DNA from: Bacillota bacterium
Lineage (GTDB): Bacteria; Bacillota; Clostridia; Lachnospirales; Lachnospiraceae
Direction: 5' to 3'
DNA length: 64,000 nt
Assembly (NCBI GenBank): GCA_023415055.1
Contig: JAEZLZ010000097.1
Coordinates: 3,741 to 67,740, forward strand
Below are positions 26,447-35,705 of the stretch, one piece after another. The notes beneath the pieces were generated by a model. It did not search any database and had not been told where the DNA came from. It worked only from the letters and a program-made list of their open reading frames with translations. Position 1 is the first letter of the stretch; each line of letters begins with the position of its first letter. A program made the translations under genes and the position numbers.

Positions 26447-27382
26447 ATGAAGGCGGATAAGCGACTGACGAATGCTTACAAAAATGCAAAGATTGAGTAT
26501 TTTGACAATAATTCAAAATATATTTTTTTCAGTGATTCTCATCGGGGAGATGATAGTGTCTCAGATGAATTTACAAGAAATCAGAATATTTTTCTCCATG
26601 CACTTAATTATTATTATAAACAAGGTTATACCTATATTGAAGCCGGGGATGGAGATGAGCTTTGGGAATACAAGAATTTCAAGGTGATAAGGCTGGCTCA
26701 TACCGATGTTTTTACTGTAATTAAGAAATTCTATGATGATCACCGGTTTATCATGCTCTATGGCAATCATAATATCTACCTGAAATCAAAGCGTTTTGTA
26801 CGAAATAATTATTATGAATATTATGATGAATATAATCAGATCCGGGTCGAGCTGTTCAAAGGCTTACAACCTATTGAAGCATTGATTCTCCGCCATAAAG
26901 AGACGAAGCAAAAGATCCTGGTAGTACATGGGCATCAAGGAGACCTGATGAATGACCGTCTATGGTTTATAGCGATGCTGCTGCTGCGATATTTTTGGCG
27001 ATATCTGCATGTCGTCGGCTTTGATAACCCAACCAGCCCAGCACTTAATCTTTATAAGCGGCATAAAGTTGAGAAAGTCTATGATAATTGGATCGAGAAG
27101 CATAAGATGATGTTGATCTGCGGTCATACACACAGACCAAAATTCCCGAAAAATGATGATCTGCCCTACTTTAATACCGGCTGCTGTATTCGAACCAGAG
27201 GGATATCAGGAATCGAGATTCTGAACGGCGAGATTCTGATGGTTGATTGGAGAATCGCTGCAGATGATGACGGCGGTCTATGCATTCATAGAACAGTGGT
27301 CAGAGGTCCGGAGCCAATCTGCAATTATGATTGCAAGAATCATCCTTATACCGGTCACTGCAAAAAGGTGGATGATGATTAG
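26447..27382 (+). CDS. Metallophosphoesterase (calcineurin-like, cytoplasmic)
   Basis: SDSHRG, GDGDELW, GNH, HGHQGD, CGHTH, NTG motifs. Confidence 0.87.
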   Translation: MKADKRLTNAYKNAKIEYFDNNSKYIFFSDSHRGDDSVSDEFTRNQNIFLHALNYYYKQGYTYIEAGDGDELWEYKNFKVIRLAHTDVFTVIKKFYDDHRFIMLYGNHNIYLKSKRFVRNNYYEYYDEYNQIRVELFKGLQPIEALILRHKETKQKILVVHGHQGDLMNDRLWFIAMLLLRYFWRYLHVVGFDNPTSPALNLYKRHKVEKVYDNWIEKHKMMLICGHTHRPKFPKNDDLPYFNTGCCIRTRGISGIEILNGEILMVDWRIAADDDGGLCIHRTVVRGPEPICNYDCKNHPYTGHCKKVDDD

Positions 27383-27390
27383 CAAAATGG

Positions 27391-27435
27391 AAGCCCTTGT
27401 CGATGTAGAGAAACTGCAACGACGAGGGTATTTTT
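27391..27435 (+). terminator. Rho-independent terminator
   Basis: GCCCTTGTCG.TGTAG...CTGCA.CGACGAGGGT followed by T-tract. Confidence 0.75.
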
Positions 27436-27582
27436 ACATCAGAATACATTATGCTAAACCAAGGAATTCGACATACCATCGTTTATTGGTTGACAGAAAT
27501 AACATTATCATCAATAATAGGAGATGAAAAAAAAGAAAAGAGATTAGGACAACAGATTATAATAAAAAGAAAAGGTGATATT

Positions 27583-28794
27583 ATGTCAGATAGAAGCGAT
27601 GAGGAATTATTAAAACAGCAAATACGTGATATTATGATGGAGGATCAGGAGGGAAAGAATCAAAGGGAAATAAAACAACCGCAGGTAACAGGGCGTCGAG
27701 AATCGGAACAACAAGATACGGAACAACGAGAATATACCACCAGACCGCGAAAAATGCCTCCCGTAAAAAAGAAAAAGCATAAGGTATGGAAAGCAATCGG
27801 CATCACACTCTTAGTCCTTTTGATATTAGTTGGGTTACTGCTAGGAACAAAACCGGGCCGAAGTATCCTTTATAAAAATGCCAGCAGCTTTGTCTTTCAT
27901 AATGTAAATAACGAAGAACTCATAAAAGAATATGAGGAAGACGGTGGCGGGAATCATAGTAAAGCAGCCAGACAAGAGGATTATGTTACGAATTATCTTA
28001 TCTTTGGAATTGAAGAATTTGGTGGAGCCAGAAATACGGATTCCATGATGATTGCTTCTCTGAATACGAAGGATGATACCCTGAAGCTGACCTCATTGCT
28101 TCGTGACAGCTATGTTGATATCCCGGGATATAAAGCAAATAAACTGAATTCTGCCTATGCAAAAGGCGGAGCCAGACTTTTAATTGATACGATTGAACAG
28201 AACTACAAGGTTCGAATCGATGGCTATGTATCGGTTGATTTTAAATCCTTTGAGAAAATCGTGGATCTTCTTGGCGGTGTAACGATCGAGCTGGGTAAGG
28301 AAGAAGCCGAATATCTGAACACTACGAATTACATATCAAAGAAGAAATACCGTAATGTTAAGCCGGGCGTAAATCATCTGAACGGCAATCAGGTCATGGG
28401 ATATGTTCGTGTGAGAAAAGTGAAGACCCTTGGCGGAGTAAATAATGATTACGGCCGTATCGTTCGTCAGCAGAGAGCTTTGAAAGCGATCTTTGACAGC
28501 TATAAATCACCGAAGAACCTGTTTAAGATTCTTCCGATTACGAAGAAATGTCTGGGTTATGCTACGACAAATCTGACACAGGATCAGATCGAGCGGGCAA
28601 TGTCAGATGTCGTGGAAAACAGAATGACTTCATTGGATACCTTCCGCATACCGGTAGATGGCAAATTTGATGCTCCGAAGAAATATAACGGAATCACTTA
28701 TCCGATCGTACTGGATTGGGATGCGAATCGAGTGGAATTATATAAATTCATCTACCATGATACGGATAAGGAAGCAATGGCAGCCCTAAAGTAA
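27583..28794 (+). CDS. LCP (LytR-CpsA-Psr) family glycopolymer transferase
   Basis: TM helix; RNTDSMM, SLLRDSYV, KLNSAY, DYGR..RQ. Confidence 0.92.
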   Translation: MSDRSDEELLKQQIRDIMMEDQEGKNQREIKQPQVTGRRESEQQDTEQREYTTRPRKMPPVKKKKHKVWKAIGITLLVLLILVGLLLGTKPGRSILYKNASSFVFHNVNNEELIKEYEEDGGGNHSKAARQEDYVTNYLIFGIEEFGGARNTDSMMIASLNTKDDTLKLTSLLRDSYVDIPGYKANKLNSAYAKGGARLLIDTIEQNYKVRIDGYVSVDFKSFEKIVDLLGGVTIELGKEEAEYLNTTNYISKKKYRNVKPGVNHLNGNQVMGYVRVRKVKTLGGVNNDYGRIVRQQRALKAIFDSYKSPKNLFKILPITKKCLGYATTNLTQDQIERAMSDVVENRMTSLDTFRIPVDGKFDAPKKYNGITYPIVLDWDANRVELYKFIYHDTDKEAMAALK

Positions 28795-28797
28795 AAA

Positions 28798-28872
28798 TCA
28801 CAATATAACGTACTTTCTGTTACTGGATGTACTATATTTTGTATTGATTTTTCTTCCAATATGTTTTATAAT
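28798..28872 (+). promoter_or_regulatory. Tandem NrdR boxes overlapping the nrdD promoter
   Basis: TCACAATATAACGTAC (28798) and GTACTATATTTTGTAT (28829) start 31 bp apart; TTGATT-17-TATAAT. Confidence 0.8.
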
Positions 28873-28909
28873 ACAATTCTCACATATAGTACCTAAGGAG
28901 TAAGAAAGT

Positions 28910-31066
28910 ATGAAAACAATTAAACGTAATGGTGCAGAAGAAGCTTTTGACTTAAATAAGATTATCGCTGCCGTAAAGAAAGCAAATGAATCAGGGGACA
29001 AGACATTTTTAAATGATGAACAAATTAAGAGCATTGCGGAATATGTGGAATATAAATGCCTTAAGCTTAACAGAGCAGTGTCGGTAGAAGAGATTCAGGA
29101 TATGGTAGAGGATCAGATTATGGCTACCGGTTCATTCGATTTGGCTAAGCGTTATGTAAAATACAGATATCAGAGATCCCTGATCCGGAAGGCAAACACA
29201 ACCGATAACCGAATTCTTACTCTGATCGAAGGTAACAATGAGGACGTAAAACAAGAGAACTCGAATAAAAATCCTACCATTAACAGTGTCCAACGTGATT
29301 ATATGGCAGGAGAGGTAAGTAAGGATATTACAAAAAGATTACTCCTGCCTGCCGATATCGTAGAAGCAGATCAGGAGGGTATCATTCATTTTCACGACAC
29401 AGATTACTTTGCTCAGCACATGCATAACTGTGATCTGGTGAATCTGGAGGACATGCTTCAGAATGGAACCGTAATCAGTGAGACACGAATCGAGAAGCCT
29501 CACAGCTTTTCAACAGCCTGCAATATAGCAACACAAATTATCGCGCAGGTTGCCAGCAATCAGTATGGTGGACAAAGCATCAGTTTATCTCATCTTGCTC
29601 CCTTTGTACAGATCTCAAGAAAGAAGATCCATGCTGAGGTGCTGGAAGAGATTGAGATCCTTGGCAGTAAGGTGCCTGAAGATCAGATTGAGAAGATCGT
29701 TGAGATGAGACTTCGCAAAGAAATTAACCGTGGTGTTCAGACGATCCAATATCAGGTGATAACACTGATGACTACCAATGGACAGGCACCATTTCTTACA
29801 GTTTTCATGTATCTGAATGAAGCAAAGAATGAGACGGAGAAGCGTGATTTGGCTCTGATCATCGAGGAGACGTTAAAACAGCGATATCAGGGAGTAATGA
29901 ACGAAGCCGGAATCTGGGTTACGCCAGCATTTCCTAAGCTGATCTATGTTCTGGAGGAAGATAATGTCACCGAAGGTTCCGAATATTATTATCTGACTGA
30001 GCTTGCTGCCAAATGTACTACGAAGAGACTGGTACCGGATTATATCTCAGAAAAGAAGATGAAGGAACTCAAAGAGGGTAACTGCTTCCCTGTTATGGGA
30101 TGTCGAAGTGCTTTAAGCCCTTGGAAGGATGAGAATGGTGAGTATAAATTCTATGGTCGTTTTAACCAAGGTGTCGTAACGATTAATCTGGTGGATGTAG
30201 CATTATCCTCAGGTGGAGATATGACAAAGTTCTGGGAGATTTTTGACGAAAGATTAGAGCTTTGCTATAAAGCACTGATGGTACGCCATAAGCGTCTCAA
30301 GGGAACCTTATCGGATGCGGCTCCGATTCTATGGCAGCATGGTGCGCTTGCCAGACTAAAGAAGGGTGAGACAATCGACCGGTTACTCTACGGCGGTTAT
30401 TCCTCGATTTCGTTGGGGTATGCAGGACTTTATGAATGCACCAAGTATATGACCGGTTTATCTCATACTGACCCGAAAGCAACCTCATTTGCATTGGATG
30501 TTATGAAATATATGAATGTTGCTTGTGACCGCTGGAAGGCAGAAACCAATATCGGCTTTGGAATCTACGGATCACCGATTGAAAGCACAACTTATAAATT
30601 TGCAAAGTGCCTCCAGAAGCGTTTTGGGATAATAAAGGGAATAACAGATAAAAGCTATATCACGAACAGCTATCATGTCCATGTGACAGAGGAAATAGAT
30701 GCATTTACAAAGCTAAAATTCGAAGCACAGTTTCAATCTCTCTCTACCGGTGGGGCTGTCAGCTATGTAGAGGTGCCGAATATGCAGAATAATATTCCGG
30801 CAGTGCTGCAGGTTATCCGCTTTATCTATGATAATATTATGTACGCAGAGCTGAATACAAAGAGTGATTGCTGTCAGGAATGCGGTTTTAGCGGAGAGAT
30901 TCAGATCGTCACCGATCAGGGTAAGCTTGTGTGGGAATGTCCTAAGTGCGGTAACCGTGATCAGGATAAGCTGAATGTAGCTCGCAGAACTTGCGGCTAT
31001 ATCGGAACACAATTCTGGAATCAGGGAAGAACCCAGGAAATTAAGGAAAGGGTGCTTCATTTATAA
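28910..31066 (+). CDS. nrdD: Anaerobic (class III) ribonucleoside-triphosphate reductase with ATP cone
   Basis: IKRNG ATP cone, HNC, MGCRS, CQEC/CPKC zinc site, RRTCGY glycyl-radical motif. Confidence 0.97.
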   Translation: MKTIKRNGAEEAFDLNKIIAAVKKANESGDKTFLNDEQIKSIAEYVEYKCLKLNRAVSVEEIQDMVEDQIMATGSFDLAKRYVKYRYQRSLIRKANTTDNRILTLIEGNNEDVKQENSNKNPTINSVQRDYMAGEVSKDITKRLLLPADIVEADQEGIIHFHDTDYFAQHMHNCDLVNLEDMLQNGTVISETRIEKPHSFSTACNIATQIIAQVASNQYGGQSISLSHLAPFVQISRKKIHAEVLEEIEILGSKVPEDQIEKIVEMRLRKEINRGVQTIQYQVITLMTTNGQAPFLTVFMYLNEAKNETEKRDLALIIEETLKQRYQGVMNEAGIWVTPAFPKLIYVLEEDNVTEGSEYYYLTELAAKCTTKRLVPDYISEKKMKELKEGNCFPVMGCRSALSPWKDENGEYKFYGRFNQGVVTINLVDVALSSGGDMTKFWEIFDERLELCYKALMVRHKRLKGTLSDAAPILWQHGALARLKKGETIDRLLYGGYSSISLGYAGLYECTKYMTGLSHTDPKATSFALDVMKYMNVACDRWKAETNIGFGIYGSPIESTTYKFAKCLQKRFGIIKGITDKSYITNSYHVHVTEEIDAFTKLKFEAQFQSLSTGGAVSYVEVPNMQNNIPAVLQVIRFIYDNIMYAELNTKSDCCQECGFSGEIQIVTDQGKLVWECPKCGNRDQDKLNVARRTCGYIGTQFWNQGRTQEIKERVLHL

Positions 31067-31587
31067 TGAATTACGGTGCGATTAAGAAAACGGATATTTC
31101 TAATGGTCTCGGAGTCAGAGTTGCTTTGTTTGTCTCTGGCTGTACCCATCATTGCAAGGGCTGCTTCAATCCAGAAACCTGGAATTTCAATTATGGAAAA
31201 CCATTTACGAAGGAGACCGAGGAGGAGCTGCTGCAAGCCCTGTCCTATACATATATTAACGGTTTATCACTGCTTGGCGGTGAACCGATGGAACCCTCGA
31301 ATCAACAAGTACTGCTGCCATTTATAAAGAAAGTGAAAGAGCTCTTTCCGGAGAAGGACATCTGGTGTTATACCGGATATGATTTTGAACAGGAGCTCTT
31401 GAAGGAGAGCAGAGCTCGTTGTGAATGTACGGATGAGCTACTATCCAATATTGATGTACTGGTAGACGGTGAATTTGTTGAGGAACAAAAGGACATCAGT
31501 CTGAAGTTTCGAGGCTCGGCTAATCAACGAATTATTGATGTTAAGACCTCCCTTCATTCAGGCAAGCTTGAACTGTATCCCTTATAA
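31066..31587 (+). CDS. nrdG: Anaerobic RNR activating protein
   Basis: NGLGVRV.LFVSGC.HHC.GCFN, GGEP, FRGS.NQR; overlaps the nrdD stop. Confidence 0.96.
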   Translation: MNYGAIKKTDISNGLGVRVALFVSGCTHHCKGCFNPETWNFNYGKPFTKETEEELLQALSYTYINGLSLLGGEPMEPSNQQVLLPFIKKVKELFPEKDIWCYTGYDFEQELLKESRARCECTDELLSNIDVLVDGEFVEEQKDISLKFRGSANQRIIDVKTSLHSGKLELYPL

Positions 31588-31598
31588 CAGAAAATTAG

Positions 31599-31663
31599 AA
31601 ACCTCCTTAATTTAATGCTTTCAGCAAAGTAATGTTGCAAGCATTAAATTAAGGAGGTTTTTT
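31599..31663 (+). terminator. Long-stem terminator after nrdG
   Basis: Perfect 22-bp inverted repeat 31599-31620/31639-31660 followed by T-tract. Confidence 0.85.
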
Positions 31664-31764
31664 ATGAGGTTATATTTGTCGATTATTGAAACTTAGAGAA
31701 ATTTCTGATATGATAAAATTAGAAACAGGAAAGGGTATAATTTGCTAAATTATACAAGAGTAAG

Positions 31765-34509
31765 ATGATTCTAGGCTTGGCATATTTTATAAGCTTTATT
31801 GTGAGTGTAATACTGATTTTTATGTTGGTGAAGAGAAGCAGAATAGCAATATCAAAAAGGTTGTTTTTCATGACTCTACTGGTGTCTTTCTGGCTTCTCA
31901 TGGAAACGTTAAGTTTTATTTTACCAATTCCCTGGATCCTATTATTTCAAAAATTGAAATACATAGGTGTAATTCTTGTACCTCCGATTCTACTGATTTC
32001 CTGTCTAGCCTTTACTCAAAAGAATAATAAGATGACAGTGCCGCAGCGGATATCAATTTATTTCATACCACTACTTTCCCTGCTGGCAGTAGCTACCGGA
32101 AGGTTTCCCTATCCTTTTTTATCAAATCAGAAGGTGATCATTTCTCAAGGCGTTCCAATATTTAACTATACAAAGGAAATCGGATTCTTTATCAGTATTG
32201 GTTACTCCTATGTACTGATTCTAATTTCCAGCTTTTTATTATTACTTCGATCTATCAAATTTCCTACAATATATCGGAAACAAAGCTTTCTTGTCTTTCT
32301 GGGCTGTAGTATCGCTTTTCTTATGAATGTATTTTTCATTACACAAAAGGTAGCTATATTACCGATTGATATAACGCCTATTTTTATCTTATTGACCTTA
32401 ATCGTGTTTTACTGGGGGGTATATCATTTACCAAAAACAATGATTGTTCCCTATGCAAGAGATCTTGTAATCGAAAACTTCAGAGATCTTTTATTTGTCC
32501 TTGACAACGAGGACTGTATTATTGATGCGAATCCGAAGGCTTTGGAATTCCTGCATCAATTTGGGGATGAGAAATTACGAAAGGAAGCTTTCTTATCTAA
32601 GCTGATTGGCAGAGAAATCTATGATATTGTTCAACATATCCCACAGGCAAAGGACATCATCCTGCCAATTGATAAAACGAAGGAGAATACGATCGAATTA
32701 CTGCAGGACGGCAACAGACTTTATTATAATATCTATGTTGAGGATATCTATGACGGTAATCATTTAAAGATAGGTAAGCTCTACCTGCTGCAGGACTTGA
32801 CTCTGCTCAAGGAGCAATTAAACAACCTGATCAGGCTGAATGAAGAACTGATAATTTCGGATAAGATAATTGATGAAGCTATTGAAGGTATCGTTATTAC
32901 AGATGCGTCAAATACAATTATCCGTGTCAATGAATCCTTAGCTAAGATGTCAGGATATTCGAGAGAAGAACTGATTGGACAGAATCCCAGACTGCTACGC
33001 TCCAATTATCATGATTCTATATTTTATCAAAAGATGTGGAAGCAGCTTTCCACAGAAGGTATTTGGGAAGGGGAAATTTGGGATAGACGTAAATCCGGTG
33101 AGGTTTATCCTAAGTGGATGACAATTACTACTATCCGTCATATGGATGGTAAGGTTGCAAATTATATCGGCATTTCCTCTGATATAACAAAAATGAAGAA
33201 AGCAGAGCAGGACATCCATCTGCTTGCTTATTATGATACCTTAACCGGAATTCCGAACCGAACCTTATTTTATGACCGACTCAGTATGGCATTAAGCCGT
33301 GTAAAGAGGAATAATACCTCGGTTGCTTTACTGTACATGGACCTTGATAATTTTAAGCTGATTAATGATTCCCTTGGACATGATACAGGGGATCAGCTGC
33401 TCATCGAGGTTACGAAGAGAATACAATCCGTTATCCGAGAAGAGGATCTGCTATCAAGATTGGGAGGAGATGAGTTTACCCTACTGATGGAAGGTAATAA
33501 TTGTTCGGAAGAGGCGGCTGCATTGGCAAATAAGATTATATATACGGTAAGCGAGCCGATTCTCTTAAAGGATTTGGAGGTGTCAGTGGGGATCAGCATC
33601 GGAATATCGATAGCACCCTATGATGACCTTACAATGGAGGGATTGATTCGAAAAGCAGATAGTGCGATGTACCATAGCAAGGACAACGGCAGAGGAAAAT
33701 ATTCCTTCTCCTCCGAAGAAATAGAGCTAAGAAATCATGAAAAGCTTGAATTGCAGATTAAGCTAAAACAAGCGTTACAGAATGAGGAATTTGAACTCTA
33801 TTTACAGCCTCAAATTTCAATGGTAAATAACAAGTATACGATTATCGGTGCAGAAGCCCTGATACGATGGAATAGTGATGGCTCAGTCATTCCTCCGGGA
33901 AAATTTATTCCTGCTGCAGAGGAGAATGGATTAATTCTACCTATCAGTAATTGGATCACGGCAGAGATATTCCGAATCGATCAGCTGCTCAAAAACCATG
34001 ATATCGGTATTAATTTAGCAATTAATGTATCTGTAAAACAATTTGAAAATAAAGATTATATTCAGCTACTTCGCAAGCTCATGGAGGAAAACTCCAAACA
34101 AAACATTCGATTGGTTCTGGAGATAACGGAAAGCATGTTTATCCATGATATTAACTGGGCGATTGAATATTTACTGGAAATGAAGGAATTGGGTGTCCGT
34201 ATAGCGCTGGATGATTTCGGTACAGGCTTTTCATCCCTCAGCTATTTAACAAAGCTTCCGATTGATTACATAAAGATAGACCAAGCCTTTGTAAGCCGAT
34301 TGGACGAGGCTCAAAATGCAAAGCTGACCTATTCGATCCTATCCATGGCTAAAACGTTGAATCTAGAGACGCTGGCCGAAGGAGTCGAGACACCGGAGCA
34401 GGCAAAGAAGTTATTGCAGGTTGGCTGTGATGAGTTACAAGGCTATTATTTCAGTAAACCGGTACCGATTAATGAATTTATTAAATTGTATCAGAAACAG
34501 CTACTTTAA
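31765..34509 (+). CDS. Membrane sensor (7TM N-terminus)-PAS-GGDEF-EAL c-di-GMP enzyme
   Basis: Hydrophobic N-terminus; PAS/PAC; YD.LTG.PNR, RxxD I-site plus GGDEF; EAL, DDFGTG and EGVE intact. Confidence 0.93.
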   Translation: MILGLAYFISFIVSVILIFMLVKRSRIAISKRLFFMTLLVSFWLLMETLSFILPIPWILLFQKLKYIGVILVPPILLISCLAFTQKNNKMTVPQRISIYFIPLLSLLAVATGRFPYPFLSNQKVIISQGVPIFNYTKEIGFFISIGYSYVLILISSFLLLLRSIKFPTIYRKQSFLVFLGCSIAFLMNVFFITQKVAILPIDITPIFILLTLIVFYWGVYHLPKTMIVPYARDLVIENFRDLLFVLDNEDCIIDANPKALEFLHQFGDEKLRKEAFLSKLIGREIYDIVQHIPQAKDIILPIDKTKENTIELLQDGNRLYYNIYVEDIYDGNHLKIGKLYLLQDLTLLKEQLNNLIRLNEELIISDKIIDEAIEGIVITDASNTIIRVNESLAKMSGYSREELIGQNPRLLRSNYHDSIFYQKMWKQLSTEGIWEGEIWDRRKSGEVYPKWMTITTIRHMDGKVANYIGISSDITKMKKAEQDIHLLAYYDTLTGIPNRTLFYDRLSMALSRVKRNNTSVALLYMDLDNFKLINDSLGHDTGDQLLIEVTKRIQSVIREEDLLSRLGGDEFTLLMEGNNCSEEAAALANKIIYTVSEPILLKDLEVSVGISIGISIAPYDDLTMEGLIRKADSAMYHSKDNGRGKYSFSSEEIELRNHEKLELQIKLKQALQNEEFELYLQPQISMVNNKYTIIGAEALIRWNSDGSVIPPGKFIPAAEENGLILPISNWITAEIFRIDQLLKNHDIGINLAINVSVKQFENKDYIQLLRKLMEENSKQNIRLVLEITESMFIHDINWAIEYLLEMKELGVRIALDDFGTGFSSLSYLTKLPIDYIKIDQAFVSRLDEAQNAKLTYSILSMAKTLNLETLAEGVETPEQAKKLLQVGCDELQGYYFSKPVPINEFIKLYQKQLL

Positions 34510-34566
34510 CTTTACGAGATTTTCATGCTAGTCCTACTTATCATTGATAAACGAAGCCAAGTGTCT

Positions 34567-35511
34567 TTATCGGAAAAGATTACGATAAGCGCTTGGGCTG
34601 CATCCATATTCTTTTTTAAACAAGCTGTAAAAGCTACTTTTGTCCGTATAACCAATCAGCTCGACAATCTGTTCAATACTGTTATTCGTATAAGTCAGAT
34701 AATTGGCGGCACTCTGCAGCTTTATTTTTACAAGCAGATCACGGAAGGACTGTCCGGTTTGCTTATGCAATACGGAGGACAGATACTTCGGATGATAATT
34801 AAAGTGAGCTGCCAGTGTCACAAGAGTGACCGATTTGTGGTTTAAATAGATATAATCCAGGATCTCCGCTGTAAGAGAGTTCCCGGGTTTTGAACTGCTT
34901 TTGTAGCTTCGAAGGAGGAAAGAGAAGAGCAAGGTCAATAAAGCTTCAATTATCACTTGACTGTATTCCTTCTGATTCAGGTATTCCTTCACCAGAAGCT
35001 CCAGAAGCTGATCTATATTCACATCCAAATAAGGCAGATAAAGAAATGAGGGCTGTGTCTCATTTTCGATACGGTAACGGATAAAAAAAGCGTTCAGAAT
35101 CGGATCATTGAACAGAATCCGAAAGATGGATTTCTGAAAGAGACTCTTCGGTAAAACTATATTCAGGACTAGATCCGTTGTTTCCGTGTAATTTTTAAAA
35201 TAATGAACTGCATTGGGATTCATGATACAGAGGCTTCCTTCTTTTAGCGAAATCTCCTGATTATCAATTACTCCAATCGGATTACCCTTGCAGACATAAA
35301 TTATTTCAAAGAAGTCATGATAATGTTCCATACCGTTCGCAACTTCATGATGAAAACATAGATATAAGGAAGTAGAGGCATCCCGAAAAAAGTAAGAGGC
35401 AGTTAATAATCTTGGAGAACGGGTCGAATCATCATTCCTTTGTTCCTTGCCATGTTCCTGGTCAAACCAGTCTGTATGCTCCCATAATTTCTTAATCAAG
35501 TTCTGATCCAT
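34567..35511 (-). CDS. AraC-family regulator with cupin sensor domain
   Basis: HYHDFFEIIYV; C-terminal double HTH; divergent from GH78. Confidence 0.92.
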   Translation of the reverse strand: MDQNLIKKLWEHTDWFDQEHGKEQRNDDSTRSPRLLTASYFFRDASTSLYLCFHHEVANGMEHYHDFFEIIYVCKGNPIGVIDNQEISLKEGSLCIMNPNAVHYFKNYTETTDLVLNIVLPKSLFQKSIFRILFNDPILNAFFIRYRIENETQPSFLYLPYLDVNIDQLLELLVKEYLNQKEYSQVIIEALLTLLFSFLLRSYKSSSKPGNSLTAEILDYIYLNHKSVTLVTLAAHFNYHPKYLSSVLHKQTGQSFRDLLVKIKLQSAANYLTYTNNSIEQIVELIGYTDKSSFYSLFKKEYGCSPSAYRNLFR

Positions 35512-35705
35512 TCCATCTTACCTCACAACACCATAATAATTACCTTTCAGTACTTTATAAGCTACTGCTTTATTATATAATAAACAGCAGAAATTTGCCA
35601 TGGCTTAATCAATTGGCTTCGTTATCGATTTTATTTTGATGATAGGCTTTGGTAAGATTATTGGTTTTATTAATAGGAAGATTACAATGGAAAGGGAGAA
35701 AAAAT

